Below are positions 15,442-24,230 of a stretch of 32,000 nt of DNA, piece after piece. Below the pieces are notes generated by a model. It searched no databases. It saw only the letters and a list, made by a program, of their open reading frames with translations, and was not told where the DNA came from. How positions within the stretch are numbered: position 1 is the stretch's first letter; every line of letters starts with the position of its first letter. The position numbers and the translations under genes are program-made. The stretch spans positions 120,001 to 152,000 of the forward strand of contig JAUYHT010000008.1 of NCBI GenBank assembly GCA_030688545.1. The letters run 5' to 3'. This stretch comes from Candidatus Iainarchaeum sp. (GTDB taxonomy: Archaea > Iainarchaeota > Iainarchaeia > Iainarchaeales > VGJJ01).

Positions 15442-16494
15442 CTATGAGTGCTCCACCCGGTACCGCAAAATAGCCGCGATGCCCCCTAAACCATCCAATT
15501 GCTTGCCCGGGTCGGAGTCCGAATCCAGGATGGGGGAAGGGATTCCCATGCGCTTGGCGAGCGCGAGAATAATGTCTACTCGTTCCCGATTGGAATCGTA
15601 TAGGTTTTGGGAAACCAACACCCGGGAGGCCGCCCCCACCTCCACGGCGTATTCCACCTGCTTGAATCCATAGGTGGCCAACCCATCCTCTTTCCCCAAG
15701 TGGCGCATCACCTCATCCACCGCCTGGGCGTGCCGGGACATCGCGTATTCTCCCACGGCCTTGGCGATGGCCTCCGAGGCAATGGCTTCCTTCACCCCCG
15801 ACATCCCCGTGTCATGAGTGGGAATAGAGAGGAATTGTTTGTCGCCCTTAGGAAAGCGCTCTTGAAGGTACGCGAGCAAGGATTGTCGGGTGAAACCGGG
15901 CCCGGCAATGACCATTTGACCAACAGGGGAATGCTGCAGGATGTCCGCGATGGATGAAAAATAGTCATCCGGTTTGGACTGGGAAGCATATTGCTTTCCC
16001 GATCGGTAGGCTTTCACCCGCGCGGACTCTTTCACTCCTACCCCCGAAACCTCCACGATCACGGCTTCCTCGTCATCCAACACGACACAAACCAATTTGG
16101 CTTTCTTGCTATCCGCTTCTATCTGACGTAGGCGCTCGATTTCATGAGCGGGCAAACGTGTTTTTTTCACCGCGATGGGTTGACGCACCCCGAATACCAG
16201 GGAATGCATGGCATGCAATTCAACAAATTCTCCGGGTGAGCCGGATTCGATCGAGCCGGTGACACGGAGCTGGGACGAATGAGCATCCACCTCCACCTTA
16301 TTGGTTTTGAGGGAGAGGAACATCTTCAACCGGAAGGGTTTCTGCCCCACCTCCTTGGGCTTGATGAGGCGATCCGTCTCCCCACTCACTAAATCTCCCG
16401 GATGAATGAGCTGGGATACCAAACGTAATTCGTCCGAGGAATGGCACTCGACCTTGAAAGAAAACTCATCTGGCCGCAATGAAAGGATACGCAT
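15442..16494 (-). CDS. pelA: Pelota (aPelota/Dom34 homologue, mRNA surveillance and ribosome rescue)
   Basis: MRILSLRPDE...HPGDLVSGET..., about 350 aa with eRF1-like domains. I prefer the ATG at 16492-16494. The 46-codon upstream extension in the track is non-conserved and low-complexity. Confidence 0.8.
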   Translation of the reverse strand: MRILSLRPDEFSFKVECHSSDELRLVSQLIHPGDLVSGETDRLIKPKEVGQKPFRLKMFLSLKTNKVEVDAHSSQLRVTGSIESGSPGEFVELHAMHSLVFGVRQPIAVKKTRLPAHEIERLRQIEADSKKAKLVCVVLDDEEAVIVEVSGVGVKESARVKAYRSGKQYASQSKPDDYFSSIADILQHSPVGQMVIAGPGFTRQSLLAYLQERFPKGDKQFLSIPTHDTGMSGVKEAIASEAIAKAVGEYAMSRHAQAVDEVMRHLGKEDGLATYGFKQVEYAVEVGAASRVLVSQNLYDSNRERVDIILALAKRMGIPSPILDSDSDPGKQLDGLGGIAAILRYRVEHS

Positions 16495-16520
16495 ACATAG
16501 GTCGAAAGGGCGCAGGGGGC

Positions 16521-16528
16521 TTAAAAAA
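16521..16528. promoter_or_regulatory. shared A/T box between divergent pelota and the microprotein/ABCE1 unit
   Basis: TTAAAAAA lies exactly 27 nt from the pelota ATG (16494) and 27 nt from the + strand ATG (16555). Confidence 0.4.
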
Positions 16529-16554
16529 CGAGGGGAGGGTAGAATAAATACGAT

Positions 16555-16752
16555 ATGCGTCCCCTCACCAAGATAGGATGGTTCACCCTGGCAGTAGGAT
16601 GGGTTATCCTGGGGATCGTTTTCATCGCGCACAATGGGATGAATGACCCTATGGCCGCCCTCTTATGGATGTTAGGTCACCTCGTCTGGGGAGGCATTAT
16701 CCTGGGAGGGTTGCTGTTCATCCTCATGGCGGTCCTCTTCCTTTCCGCTTAA
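16555..16752 (+). CDS. 65-aa two-helix membrane microprotein (hypothetical)
   Basis: Two clear hydrophobic helices, WFTLAVGWVILGIVFIA and LVWGGIILGGLLFILMAVLFL. It fills the pelota-ABCE1 gap and ends 18 nt before the ABCE1 ATG. Confidence 0.4.
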   Translation: MRPLTKIGWFTLAVGWVILGIVFIAHNGMNDPMAALLWMLGHLVWGGIILGGLLFILMAVLFLSA

Positions 16753-16770
16753 CCATAAGGAAAACCCATC

Positions 16771-18543
16771 ATGAGCCTCAAACGAATCGCCGTCATCGAT
16801 CACGCGAAGTGCTTTCCCGACAAGTGCAACTGGCTCTGCCAGCGCAAATGCCCGGTGAACCGAGTGGGAAAGGACTGCATTACTCAAAATACCTCATTGT
16901 TCAAGGCCCAGATATCGGAAGAATTATGCACGGGCTGCGGCATCTGCCCAAAAGTATGCCCCTTCGGGGCCATCACCATCATCAACCTGGACGTGGATTT
17001 TGGAAACCCCATCCACTCCTATGGGGTTAATTTCTTCCGGTTGCATAAACTCCCCATCCCCCGCGCCCAAAACGTGGTGGGCATCGTGGGACGGAATGGA
17101 ACGGGCAAAACCACCGCCCTCCGCATCCTATCAGGACAGATGCCTCCCAACCTGGGAGACTATGATCAAAAACCCACATATGGGGGAGCAGTGGAGGCCT
17201 TCCGCGGAAAAGAATTGCAGCATGTCTTCTCCCGCCTGCGGGATGGGACGCATACCCTTTCCATTAAACCCCAGGACGTAGAAAGGATCCCGCGACATTT
17301 CCAAGGGAGCGTGCGGGAATTGTTACACACCATTTCCCCAGAAAAAACGGATGCCACGGTGCACGCCCTTGGGTTAGAAAATATCCTCGACCGGGGTATT
17401 GAACAATTATCGGGAGGGGAACTCCAGAAAGTGGCCCTCGCCGTGTGCGGAATGAAGGACGCCACCACCTATTACATCGACGAACCATCCTCCTTCCTGG
17501 ATATCCGGGAACGCTTACGCATCGCCGGCTATATCCGGGGCCTCCTTGGAAATGATAGGGGGGTTATGGTCATCGAGCACGACCTAATCCTATTGGATTA
17601 CCTCTCGGATTCGATTCACCTCATGTTCGGTGAACCCGCTGTATTCGGGGTCGTTTCGAGCGTCCATCCCACGCGGGAGGGTATCAATATGTATCTCGAT
17701 GGTTATGCTAAAGACGAAAATTTCAGGTTCCGAAACCATTCCATCACCTTCATGGAACGCGGAGCGCGCGACTTTACCAAAACAACCCCTCTCATCCACT
17801 GGCCATCCTTCAAAGTCAAGCAGGGCCCGTTCACATTGGACGCGGAACCAGGGCACCTGGGAAAGAACGAAGTGATTGGGATATTAGGACCGAATGGAAT
17901 AGGAAAAACCACCTTCATCAAGGCCCTCGCGGGACTGCTCACTCCGGAAGAAGGAGTGTTGCCCCTGCACATGCCGGTGGCCTATAAACCCCAGTATGTG
18001 GAACCCATTCCTGGAATGACGGTGGAATCCTATTTACGAACCCGCTTAACGGGAGCGGCCCGGGAGGCCCGTCATTTACTCGTGGAACCCCTCCACCTTC
18101 CCTCATTGTATGAGAAGGAGATGCAAACCCTCTCCGGAGGAGAATTGCAGCGCGTGGCCATCGCCGGGGCATTGGGAAGCGATGCCCCGCTCATTCTATT
18201 GGATGAACCCAGCGCCAACCTTGATGTGGAACAGCGCCTCCAAGCCGCCCACGCCATCCGGAGCATCGTGGATGCGTTTGATAAAACCGCGTTGGTGGTG
18301 GACCATGATCTCCTCTTCATGGATTTCGTATCGGATAGATTACTCCTATTCGATGGCGAACCCTCCACCCATGGAAACGTTCGCGGACCCATGGGGATGG
18401 AGGAAGGGATGAATGGACTATTATCCCAATTAGGTATCACTCTGCGCCGCGACCAGCACTCCAAACGCCCCCGCATCAACAAACCGGGAAGCGTTAAGGA
18501 TACCGAGCAAAAAAAGACGGGGCAATATTACTACACCAAATGA
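16771..18543 (+). CDS. abce1: ABCE1 / RNase L inhibitor homologue (ribosome-recycling ABC ATPase with an N-terminal 2x[4Fe-4S] domain)
   Basis: N-terminal Cys clusters CNWLCQRKCP and CTGCGICPKVCP. Two ABC cassettes (GRNGTGKTT / LSGGELQK; GPNGIGKTT / LSGGELQR). 590 aa. Confidence 0.9.
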   Translation: MSLKRIAVIDHAKCFPDKCNWLCQRKCPVNRVGKDCITQNTSLFKAQISEELCTGCGICPKVCPFGAITIINLDVDFGNPIHSYGVNFFRLHKLPIPRAQNVVGIVGRNGTGKTTALRILSGQMPPNLGDYDQKPTYGGAVEAFRGKELQHVFSRLRDGTHTLSIKPQDVERIPRHFQGSVRELLHTISPEKTDATVHALGLENILDRGIEQLSGGELQKVALAVCGMKDATTYYIDEPSSFLDIRERLRIAGYIRGLLGNDRGVMVIEHDLILLDYLSDSIHLMFGEPAVFGVVSSVHPTREGINMYLDGYAKDENFRFRNHSITFMERGARDFTKTTPLIHWPSFKVKQGPFTLDAEPGHLGKNEVIGILGPNGIGKTTFIKALAGLLTPEEGVLPLHMPVAYKPQYVEPIPGMTVESYLRTRLTGAAREARHLLVEPLHLPSLYEKEMQTLSGGELQRVAIAGALGSDAPLILLDEPSANLDVEQRLQAAHAIRSIVDAFDKTALVVDHDLLFMDFVSDRLLLFDGEPSTHGNVRGPMGMEEGMNGLLSQLGITLRRDQHSKRPRINKPGSVKDTEQKKTGQYYYTK

Positions 18544-18555
18544 TTTTCCGTCCCA

Positions 18556-18576
18556 ATGGATTATCAAAAAATCCAT
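18556..18576. terminator. hairpin just downstream of ABCE1
   Basis: ATGGATT-atcaaaa-AATCCAT, a 7-bp stem and 7-nt loop, lies 13 nt after the ABCE1 stop in a convergent intergenic region. Confidence 0.25.
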
Positions 18577-18630
18577 ACTACACCAAAATATCTTGATAGA
18601 AACGGGGATATTGGCGTGCGTGACGCGTAT

Positions 18631-19434
18631 CTAATCCGAATGTTCTATCTTCGTCATCAGATGCCCGCGCAACCCCGCGTGGTGGCGGGACGCGTACTCA
18701 TGCCCCCGCACCAATTCAAAACGGCGCATATAGAGAATCGTCTTGAGAATCTCAATGAAAGGAATGACCAAAACAAACATGAGAACAAGAGTGATGTACC
18801 GCCCCACGAAAAGAATGGAATCGATTCCCGCCTCAACCAAAGGAAGTAACCCCACGAGCAGGGTGGACACCACCAGGATCAACAGGAAATCCTTGGGATA
18901 CTTGAAGATCACATACCAATTGGTCTTGATGGCCTCGATGATGGGCTTCTCATCCACCACCAAAGACTGGGGGACGAAAATGAATGATAATGAGACCAGG
19001 AACAACGCGAGGTTGATCCAAACGATATCCAAACCCAGGAACAGCCCGGCGCTCACCACCAGAACAAAGAGGAGGCTGAGTAGAACAAAATAGATGAACA
19101 TGGTGAGGAAGAAATGCTCCATCATGTCCCGCAGATACCGCTTCACGGGGACATGGGAAAGGTCATTGCGCACCGCGAGCAACAACAAGGAGAGGAGGAT
19201 GGCATACATCGCCAGGAAAACCAATGAGCCCCCGACTAGGGCCGCCACCACTTCCACGGACAAAAGACTAAATGAATAATCAAAGAAAATCGTGCCATCC
19301 AGGAGAGCGGTGTTGTTGAACTGCTGGAAGAAGAACACGAACACCAGTAATATGGCGAAAGAGAGGCTAATCCTCAGGTTATTTCGATAAAGCTCCCAAA
19401 CCTGCCCCCACCACTCGGATTCAGTCCGCGCCAT
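18631..19434 (-). CDS. polytopic membrane protein (hypothetical, about 6 TM)
   Basis: ATG at 19432-19434, with multiple long hydrophobic segments. No family recognised. Confidence 0.5.
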   Translation of the reverse strand: MARTESEWWGQVWELYRNNLRISLSFAILLVFVFFFQQFNNTALLDGTIFFDYSFSLLSVEVVAALVGGSLVFLAMYAILLSLLLLAVRNDLSHVPVKRYLRDMMEHFFLTMFIYFVLLSLLFVLVVSAGLFLGLDIVWINLALFLVSLSFIFVPQSLVVDEKPIIEAIKTNWYVIFKYPKDFLLILVVSTLLVGLLPLVEAGIDSILFVGRYITLVLMFVLVIPFIEILKTILYMRRFELVRGHEYASRHHAGLRGHLMTKIEHSD

Positions 19435-19622
19435 GCTTACACCAAGGCATTATCGGGTTAAAAGCCTGCCATTCAACCGCAGGGAATCCTGTTCCTCCCC
19501 TCGGAAAAAATAGGCCCTTACAACATAAAACAGGAGGAGTTCCCTTCCTCAAAAAATTCAGGAAGAAGCGGGGACCGCATAGACTGTTATCAGCAACCAC
19601 TCGCAAACAAATTTTAATGGTG

Positions 19623-20483
19623 TTAATCCTCATCATAGTGGCGCCTCATTTCGATGTTTAGCCTTTGTCCAGCCAATAGGCCTTTTGCCATCCCGCGGAT
19701 ATGTTGATAAAAATAATCGTCTCTCTTTCCTAATCCTTTGAAATACGCATTTAATGCCAGTTCAAAGTCTTCTGGCGTCCTGAAGAGATAGTAATTACCA
19801 ATGACGTGCCATGCCTCATGCAAAAAGTGATAGAATTCAGATAGTTTTGCTTTTTCGTACCCCTCTTGGTAAGCGGGAACAAATAGTTTCTTGCTTTTTC
19901 TTTTTTCTACCTCCTCTTTAGTTAACATCTGTTTGGTGTCGAGGACGGTGACTCGTGACCCATCAATGATAAAGTTGCCCATATGTGGATGTCCATGCCA
20001 TATCCCGACACGGTGCATCTTTCCGATGGTTTCAGCAATTTTTAATCCGATTTCTCTTTTTTGGTCAGCCGACATTTTTTGGTTGTTGAACGCTTCCTGT
20101 CCGCTTGTTCCCTTCACAAAACGGAATACGTGAAAACGTCTCTTTTTAGCGTCAACATATGATGCCAAAGGGGATTCCACGCGTACTCTTCGGCCTATTG
20201 CCATAACAGCAGATACAAGAGCGCCTCGCTCACCTTTGAGTTCCCGATCAAGCATGTAGGAGTTTCTCCACCTCTTTAACGCTTCTGCATTTTTTATCAC
20301 TAATTTCATGCCGCTGGGAGTTTCCACTTGCATGGGATATTCATACGGGAATTCTTTTCCTAATGCTTTTTTCACTATTCTCCATTTTGACGGGTCGCGC
20401 AACTCAGGTCTATTTTCACGATAAATGATGGCGCGAATCGAGGAATGCGGTCTGCGCGCACGGGCAAAAGATTTTCCTTGCAT
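19623..20483 (-). CDS. protein-kinase-like fold protein (APH / Kdo / RIO-like), possibly catalytically atypical
   Basis: KMHRVGIWHGHPHMGNFIIDGSRVTVLDTKQM aligns to the HGDLHxGN ... (I/V)D catalytic and metal loops, but reads HGHPHMGN. KLVIK is a possible beta3 lysine. AT-rich gene. Confidence 0.45.
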   Translation of the reverse strand: MQGKSFARARRPHSSIRAIIYRENRPELRDPSKWRIVKKALGKEFPYEYPMQVETPSGMKLVIKNAEALKRWRNSYMLDRELKGERGALVSAVMAIGRRVRVESPLASYVDAKKRRFHVFRFVKGTSGQEAFNNQKMSADQKREIGLKIAETIGKMHRVGIWHGHPHMGNFIIDGSRVTVLDTKQMLTKEEVEKRKSKKLFVPAYQEGYEKAKLSEFYHFLHEAWHVIGNYYLFRTPEDFELALNAYFKGLGKRDDYFYQHIRGMAKGLLAGQRLNIEMRRHYDED

Positions 20484-20531
20484 AGGCTAGTTGGCTTTTT
20501 TGATTATATAAAATTTTGCAAGTAGTCCTTT

Positions 20532-21098
20532 CTACGTAGAAGCAGGGGCCGTGTGCGCGGCTTCCTTGGTATGGTGGGGCAGGGGCTCATCCCAATACCG
20601 ATGAATGATGACGAAAGAAACCCACCCCAGCAACCCCGCGAGCACGAATAGGAAGAAGGGTGACTTGAGGAGGAAATCAAGAAAGTTCTGCATCACGAAA
20701 TCAATCGTAGGACTCAACGAGACGATGCCGGGGTATGCGTCTCCCTTATTGAGGGCCACTAGAAACGCATTGTTCCAATAATAACCCACCATGGAAAAGA
20801 ACCAGGCCACATACCCTAACACCACCCACATCAAAGCAAACGGAATGGATAGAACAAAATCGTCCTTGAAATGAAGGGCATACCATTCCATCCCCAGCCA
20901 AACAAAAATGAACCCAATCAAAGGAATCCCCCAGAACAAGGGGTCCACGAACAAGTATCCCTGGAGGGGCACTCCTTGGAATAGGGAATGACCATAGGCA
21001 TCCCACTTGGGAAGGAAATCAAACACAAGATAAACAAGATACAAAATGACATACGTCAAAACAAGGAAAATGCCTATCTTCATGGGACGCGCGACCAT
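20532..21098 (-). CDS. polytopic membrane protein (hypothetical, about 5 TM)
   Basis: ATG at 21096-21098 (alternative at 21083). Aromatic-rich hydrophobic helices. No family recognised. Confidence 0.5.
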   Translation of the reverse strand: MVARPMKIGIFLVLTYVILYLVYLVFDFLPKWDAYGHSLFQGVPLQGYLFVDPLFWGIPLIGFIFVWLGMEWYALHFKDDFVLSIPFALMWVVLGYVAWFFSMVGYYWNNAFLVALNKGDAYPGIVSLSPTIDFVMQNFLDFLLKSPFFLFVLAGLLGWVSFVIIHRYWDEPLPHHTKEAAHTAPAST

Positions 21099-21193
21099 AT
21101 GCTTCCATTACAAGCCCAATGCCATAAAAACCCCATCTCCACTCCCCTCCAACACCCATCCTTCACTCACAATGGCTCTGCCCCCGGCGTACC

Positions 21194-21201
21194 CTAAAAA
21201 A
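21194..21201. promoter_or_regulatory. TATA-like box upstream of rfcS
   Basis: CTAAAAAA lies 26 nt upstream of ATG 21227. Confidence 0.35.
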
Positions 21202-21226
21202 CCCAATAGGGGATTAAGCATCTTGC

Positions 21227-24103
21227 ATGGAAGCCAAACTCCCCCCCAAAATGCCCTGGGTGGAAAAATACCGCCCTCACGCTCTCAAGGATGTAATCGG
21301 GCAACCTGAAATCGTTCCCCGACTTGAACGGTATGTGGCCACCCGGGATCTGCCGCACCTCATGTTCGCGGGGCACGCGGGAATAGGGAAGACATCAGCG
21401 GCCGTGGCATTGGCCAAAGAACTATTTGGTGAAGAGTGGGGGCAGAACTTCATGGAGCTCAACAGCTCGGACGACCGGGGCATTGATGTCGTAAGGGGCA
21501 CCATCAAGGATTTCGCGCGCACGCTAGCGTTCAATGCGGATTTCAAGATCATATTTTTAGATGAGTGCGACGCACTCACCGCGGATGCCCAACAGGCTTT
21601 GCGTCGAACGATGGAAAAATATTCCAGGACGGTTCGCTTTATTCTTTCGTGCGTAACACCCGAAACACGTATCGCAACACCTGAAGAAACTGAAATGACA
21701 ATAGGCGAATACTTTGAGCGATTTGAAGAAAAAAAAATAAAACATGTTTTCAATGTCCACGAAAAAAGGAGCAAAGCAAAAACTGATTTGGTCTTGGCAG
21801 CCTTAAAACAGAATCCAAAAATGAATGGAAAAAAAGTTATGGAAATACAAACGAATACTGGACGCACCCTCCACGTAACGGACGACCACCCCCTCTTCAC
21901 GAGTGAAGGATGGAAAAAAGTCAAGGACCTCCAAATGAAAGAAAAGATCGTTATATTTCCGGCACTGGAAACTACTTCTTATCCAACTGATATTCGACCA
22001 TTATTTGATATTGAAGAATTTGAGCGATTCCTCGAGAACCTGGAGGTGCGTCCACGTCTAAATCTCACCAACGCTACCCAATTCAGACAGTTAACCGCCA
22101 TGGACAAACGGAAAATGGTTGATAAAATACACGAATATTACTCCTTCATTTCATCGGGAAAAGGAGTTACGCCACGAGAGTTAAAACTTTTGTCATTTAT
22201 TCCAACCGATAAAAATATTTCCCGTGCCTCGTTAGCACAACATATGCAGCTATCGCGCATTCGTACCGTGCAACTACTACAAGTATTAGAATCCAAGGGG
22301 TTTGTCCGACGCACAATAGAAGGAAAAATCCATTCATTTTGCCGCACAAATGAAATCCCACGCAAAATAAGGAACTTTAGGGATATCCAAAATGAAATCA
22401 AAAAACAATTTGGAATTAGTGTTTCTTATACCGAAGTCCAAAAGCTGGCACGACGGGAAGTAGTGTTTGAAGGAAAAACAGCCGGAACCCTGAACGAATT
22501 AACAAAAAAAGAACTGTTAACCCTCCGTTGTGATGATGAAAAAACGTTTGCTCTCATCCGAGTCCTTGGATTTGTATTTGGTGACGGCCACATCATCCAT
22601 AACCACCAACGCATTTGGTTCAGTGGAAATACGGATGCGCTAGACGAAGTCCGCAACGATCTCAAAAAGCTGGGTTTCACTCCCAGCCCCACCCAGACCA
22701 AACAGATTCGCGGGAACATTGGAGGAAGACAATTCGATGGCGAAACGACATTTATGTTTCTTGATTCGCGTCCCCTGGGATACTTGCTTGCCTTTTTGGG
22801 GGCATCAACGGGAGATAAAGTAATCACGCCGTATTCCCTACCCTCTATAGTTAAAACAGGAAACCGTCTAATCAAGCGCGAATTCCTTCGTGCATTATTC
22901 GGATGCGAAGGTTATTCGCCGCGAATAACATACAAGAGTTTGGAAGCCATCACGTTGCGCATGCACAAGGATTTTATTCTCCGATCAAATATGCTCGCAT
23001 TTTTTGGCGATCTCCAAACCTTATTGAAGGAATTCGACGTTGACTCCTACTTAGGGATAAACTCAACATCCTACACACGAAAAGATGGACAAAAATCTGA
23101 AATCCACGAACTTATCATTACTCCCAATGAAGAAAACACCTATCGCTTCTTGAGTCGAGTTGGATACGCATTCGAAATAGCTAAAATGAACAAAGCACGA
23201 TTGGTGGGAGAATATTTACGCTATAAAAGTGCTAACCTAATGCGCCAAAAAAAGAAAGCGGAAGAAATCGTTGTATTATTAAAGGATGGATATACCAAAA
23301 GCGCCATCGCACGTATCGTTGATTGTTCAAGAGACTTCGTTGTTGGCCAATCTTTAGGAAAGCAAGTTCATTCACCGCACGACTTCTTATCTTATGAAAA
23401 ATGGAAAGATAAATACGGTTTCAAAGAAGGCCTTGTATTCAATGAAATCACATCCATGCACGAAATTGAGGTTCCGTTTGTCATGGATATCACATGCCAT
23501 AACGATCACAATTTTATCGCGAATGGTATTATGGCCCATAATTGCAATTTTTCATCTCGGATAATCGAACCCATCCAAAGCCGGTGTGTCGTGTTCCGAT
23601 TCCGCCCGCTGCGAAAGGTGGACCTGGAAAAGCAATTGCGATTAATCGCTGAAAAAGAGGGGGTGGTGCTGGAACCCAAAGCCATCGACGCCATAGAATA
23701 TGTGAGCGAGGGGGATATGCGCAAGGCCATCAACGTGCTGCAGGCGGCCGCGACGCTTGAAAAAAAGGTCACTGAAACCATCGTGTACAACGTGGCCAAC
23801 AAAGCGCAACCAAAAGAAGTGAAGGAAATGATCCATGCCGCCCTGAAGGGGAAATTCATGGACGCCCGGGAAAAACTGGATTACCTCATGCTAGAGAACG
23901 GGTTATCCGGGGAAGATATCATCAAACAGATCCACAAGGAAGTCCTGGATTGGGACGAAAACGAATTGGACTCCCAGACCAAAATTCGCCTTGTCGACCG
24001 AATTGGAGAATACGACTTCCGCCTCGTGGAAGGGGCCAATGAACGCATCCAGCTCGAAGCCTTGCTCGCCCAGATGGGCTTGGTTGCGAGTGAGAAGAAA
24101 TAA
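21227..24103 (+). CDS. rfcS: replication factor C small subunit, interrupted by one intein
   Basis: Exteins: PWVEKYRP, P-loop GHAGIGKTS, Walker [15 protein letters not shown] | [15 protein letters not shown]. The joined exteins come to about 327 aa, the normal RFC-S size. Confidence 0.9.
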   Translation: MEAKLPPKMPWVEKYRPHALKDVIGQPEIVPRLERYVATRDLPHLMFAGHAGIGKTSAAVALAKELFGEEWGQNFMELNSSDDRGIDVVRGTIKDFARTLAFNADFKIIFLDECDALTADAQQALRRTMEKYSRTVRFILSCVTPETRIATPEETEMTIGEYFERFEEKKIKHVFNVHEKRSKAKTDLVLAALKQNPKMNGKKVMEIQTNTGRTLHVTDDHPLFTSEGWKKVKDLQMKEKIVIFPALETTSYPTDIRPLFDIEEFERFLENLEVRPRLNLTNATQFRQLTAMDKRKMVDKIHEYYSFISSGKGVTPRELKLLSFIPTDKNISRASLAQHMQLSRIRTVQLLQVLESKGFVRRTIEGKIHSFCRTNEIPRKIRNFRDIQNEIKKQFGISVSYTEVQKLARREVVFEGKTAGTLNELTKKELLTLRCDDEKTFALIRVLGFVFGDGHIIHNHQRIWFSGNTDALDEVRNDLKKLGFTPSPTQTKQIRGNIGGRQFDGETTFMFLDSRPLGYLLAFLGASTGDKVITPYSLPSIVKTGNRLIKREFLRALFGCEGYSPRITYKSLEAITLRMHKDFILRSNMLAFFGDLQTLLKEFDVDSYLGINSTSYTRKDGQKSEIHELIITPNEENTYRFLSRVGYAFEIAKMNKARLVGEYLRYKSANLMRQKKKAEEIVVLLKDGYTKSAIARIVDCSRDFVVGQSLGKQVHSPHDFLSYEKWKDKYGFKEGLVFNEITSMHEIEVPFVMDITCHNDHNFIANGIMAHNCNFSSRIIEPIQSRCVVFRFRPLRKVDLEKQLRLIAEKEGVVLEPKAIDAIEYVSEGDMRKAINVLQAAATLEKKVTETIVYNVANKAQPKEVKEMIHAALKGKFMDAREKLDYLMLENGLSGEDIIKQIHKEVLDWDENELDSQTKIRLVDRIGEYDFRLVEGANERIQLEALLAQMGLVASEKK
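21650..23542 (+). mobile_element. 631-aa intein with a LAGLIDADG homing endonuclease and extra HTH modules
   Basis: Starts with Cys ([11 protein letters not shown] at 21650), block [21 protein letters not shown] motifs [10 protein letters not shown] and [11 protein letters not shown]. Blocks [23 protein letters not shown] are followed by the +1 Cys (TGC at 23543). It is markedly more AT-rich than the exteins. Confidence 0.9.
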
Positions 24104-24206
24104 GAACCTCGACGCGCCATCTGAAAATGGCCAAAGATCGACCGGTCGCGCGAAAACACCAACCGAATCACCTATAAAGAAACAAAAAACCGTGCATTTG
24201 GACAAG

Positions 24207-24218
24207 ATTTAAATTAAG
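24207..24218. promoter_or_regulatory. A/T-rich TATA-like box
   Basis: ATTTAAATTAAG lies 13 nt upstream of ATG 24231 and 19 nt upstream of ATG 24237. Confidence 0.25.
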
Positions 24219-24230
24219 CCAAACAATGCC

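Noticed and set aside
16495-16632. A 46-codon N-terminal extension of Pelota.
   Set aside because: The extension is low-complexity and would consume the whole divergent promoter region. Pelota homologues start at the MRIL... position.
19580-19636. Possible C/D box sRNA on the minus strand: ATGATGA (19627-19633) followed 36 nt later by CTGA.
   Set aside because: The C-box overlaps the last codons of the kinase-like gene (HYDED stop). I found no internal D'/C' boxes and no terminal complementary stem, so it is most likely chance.
19421-19636. A 71-aa minus-strand ORF filling the 188-nt spacer.
   Set aside because: It overlaps both flanking genes, has a Cys/Pro/Gly-rich odd composition, and has no start context.
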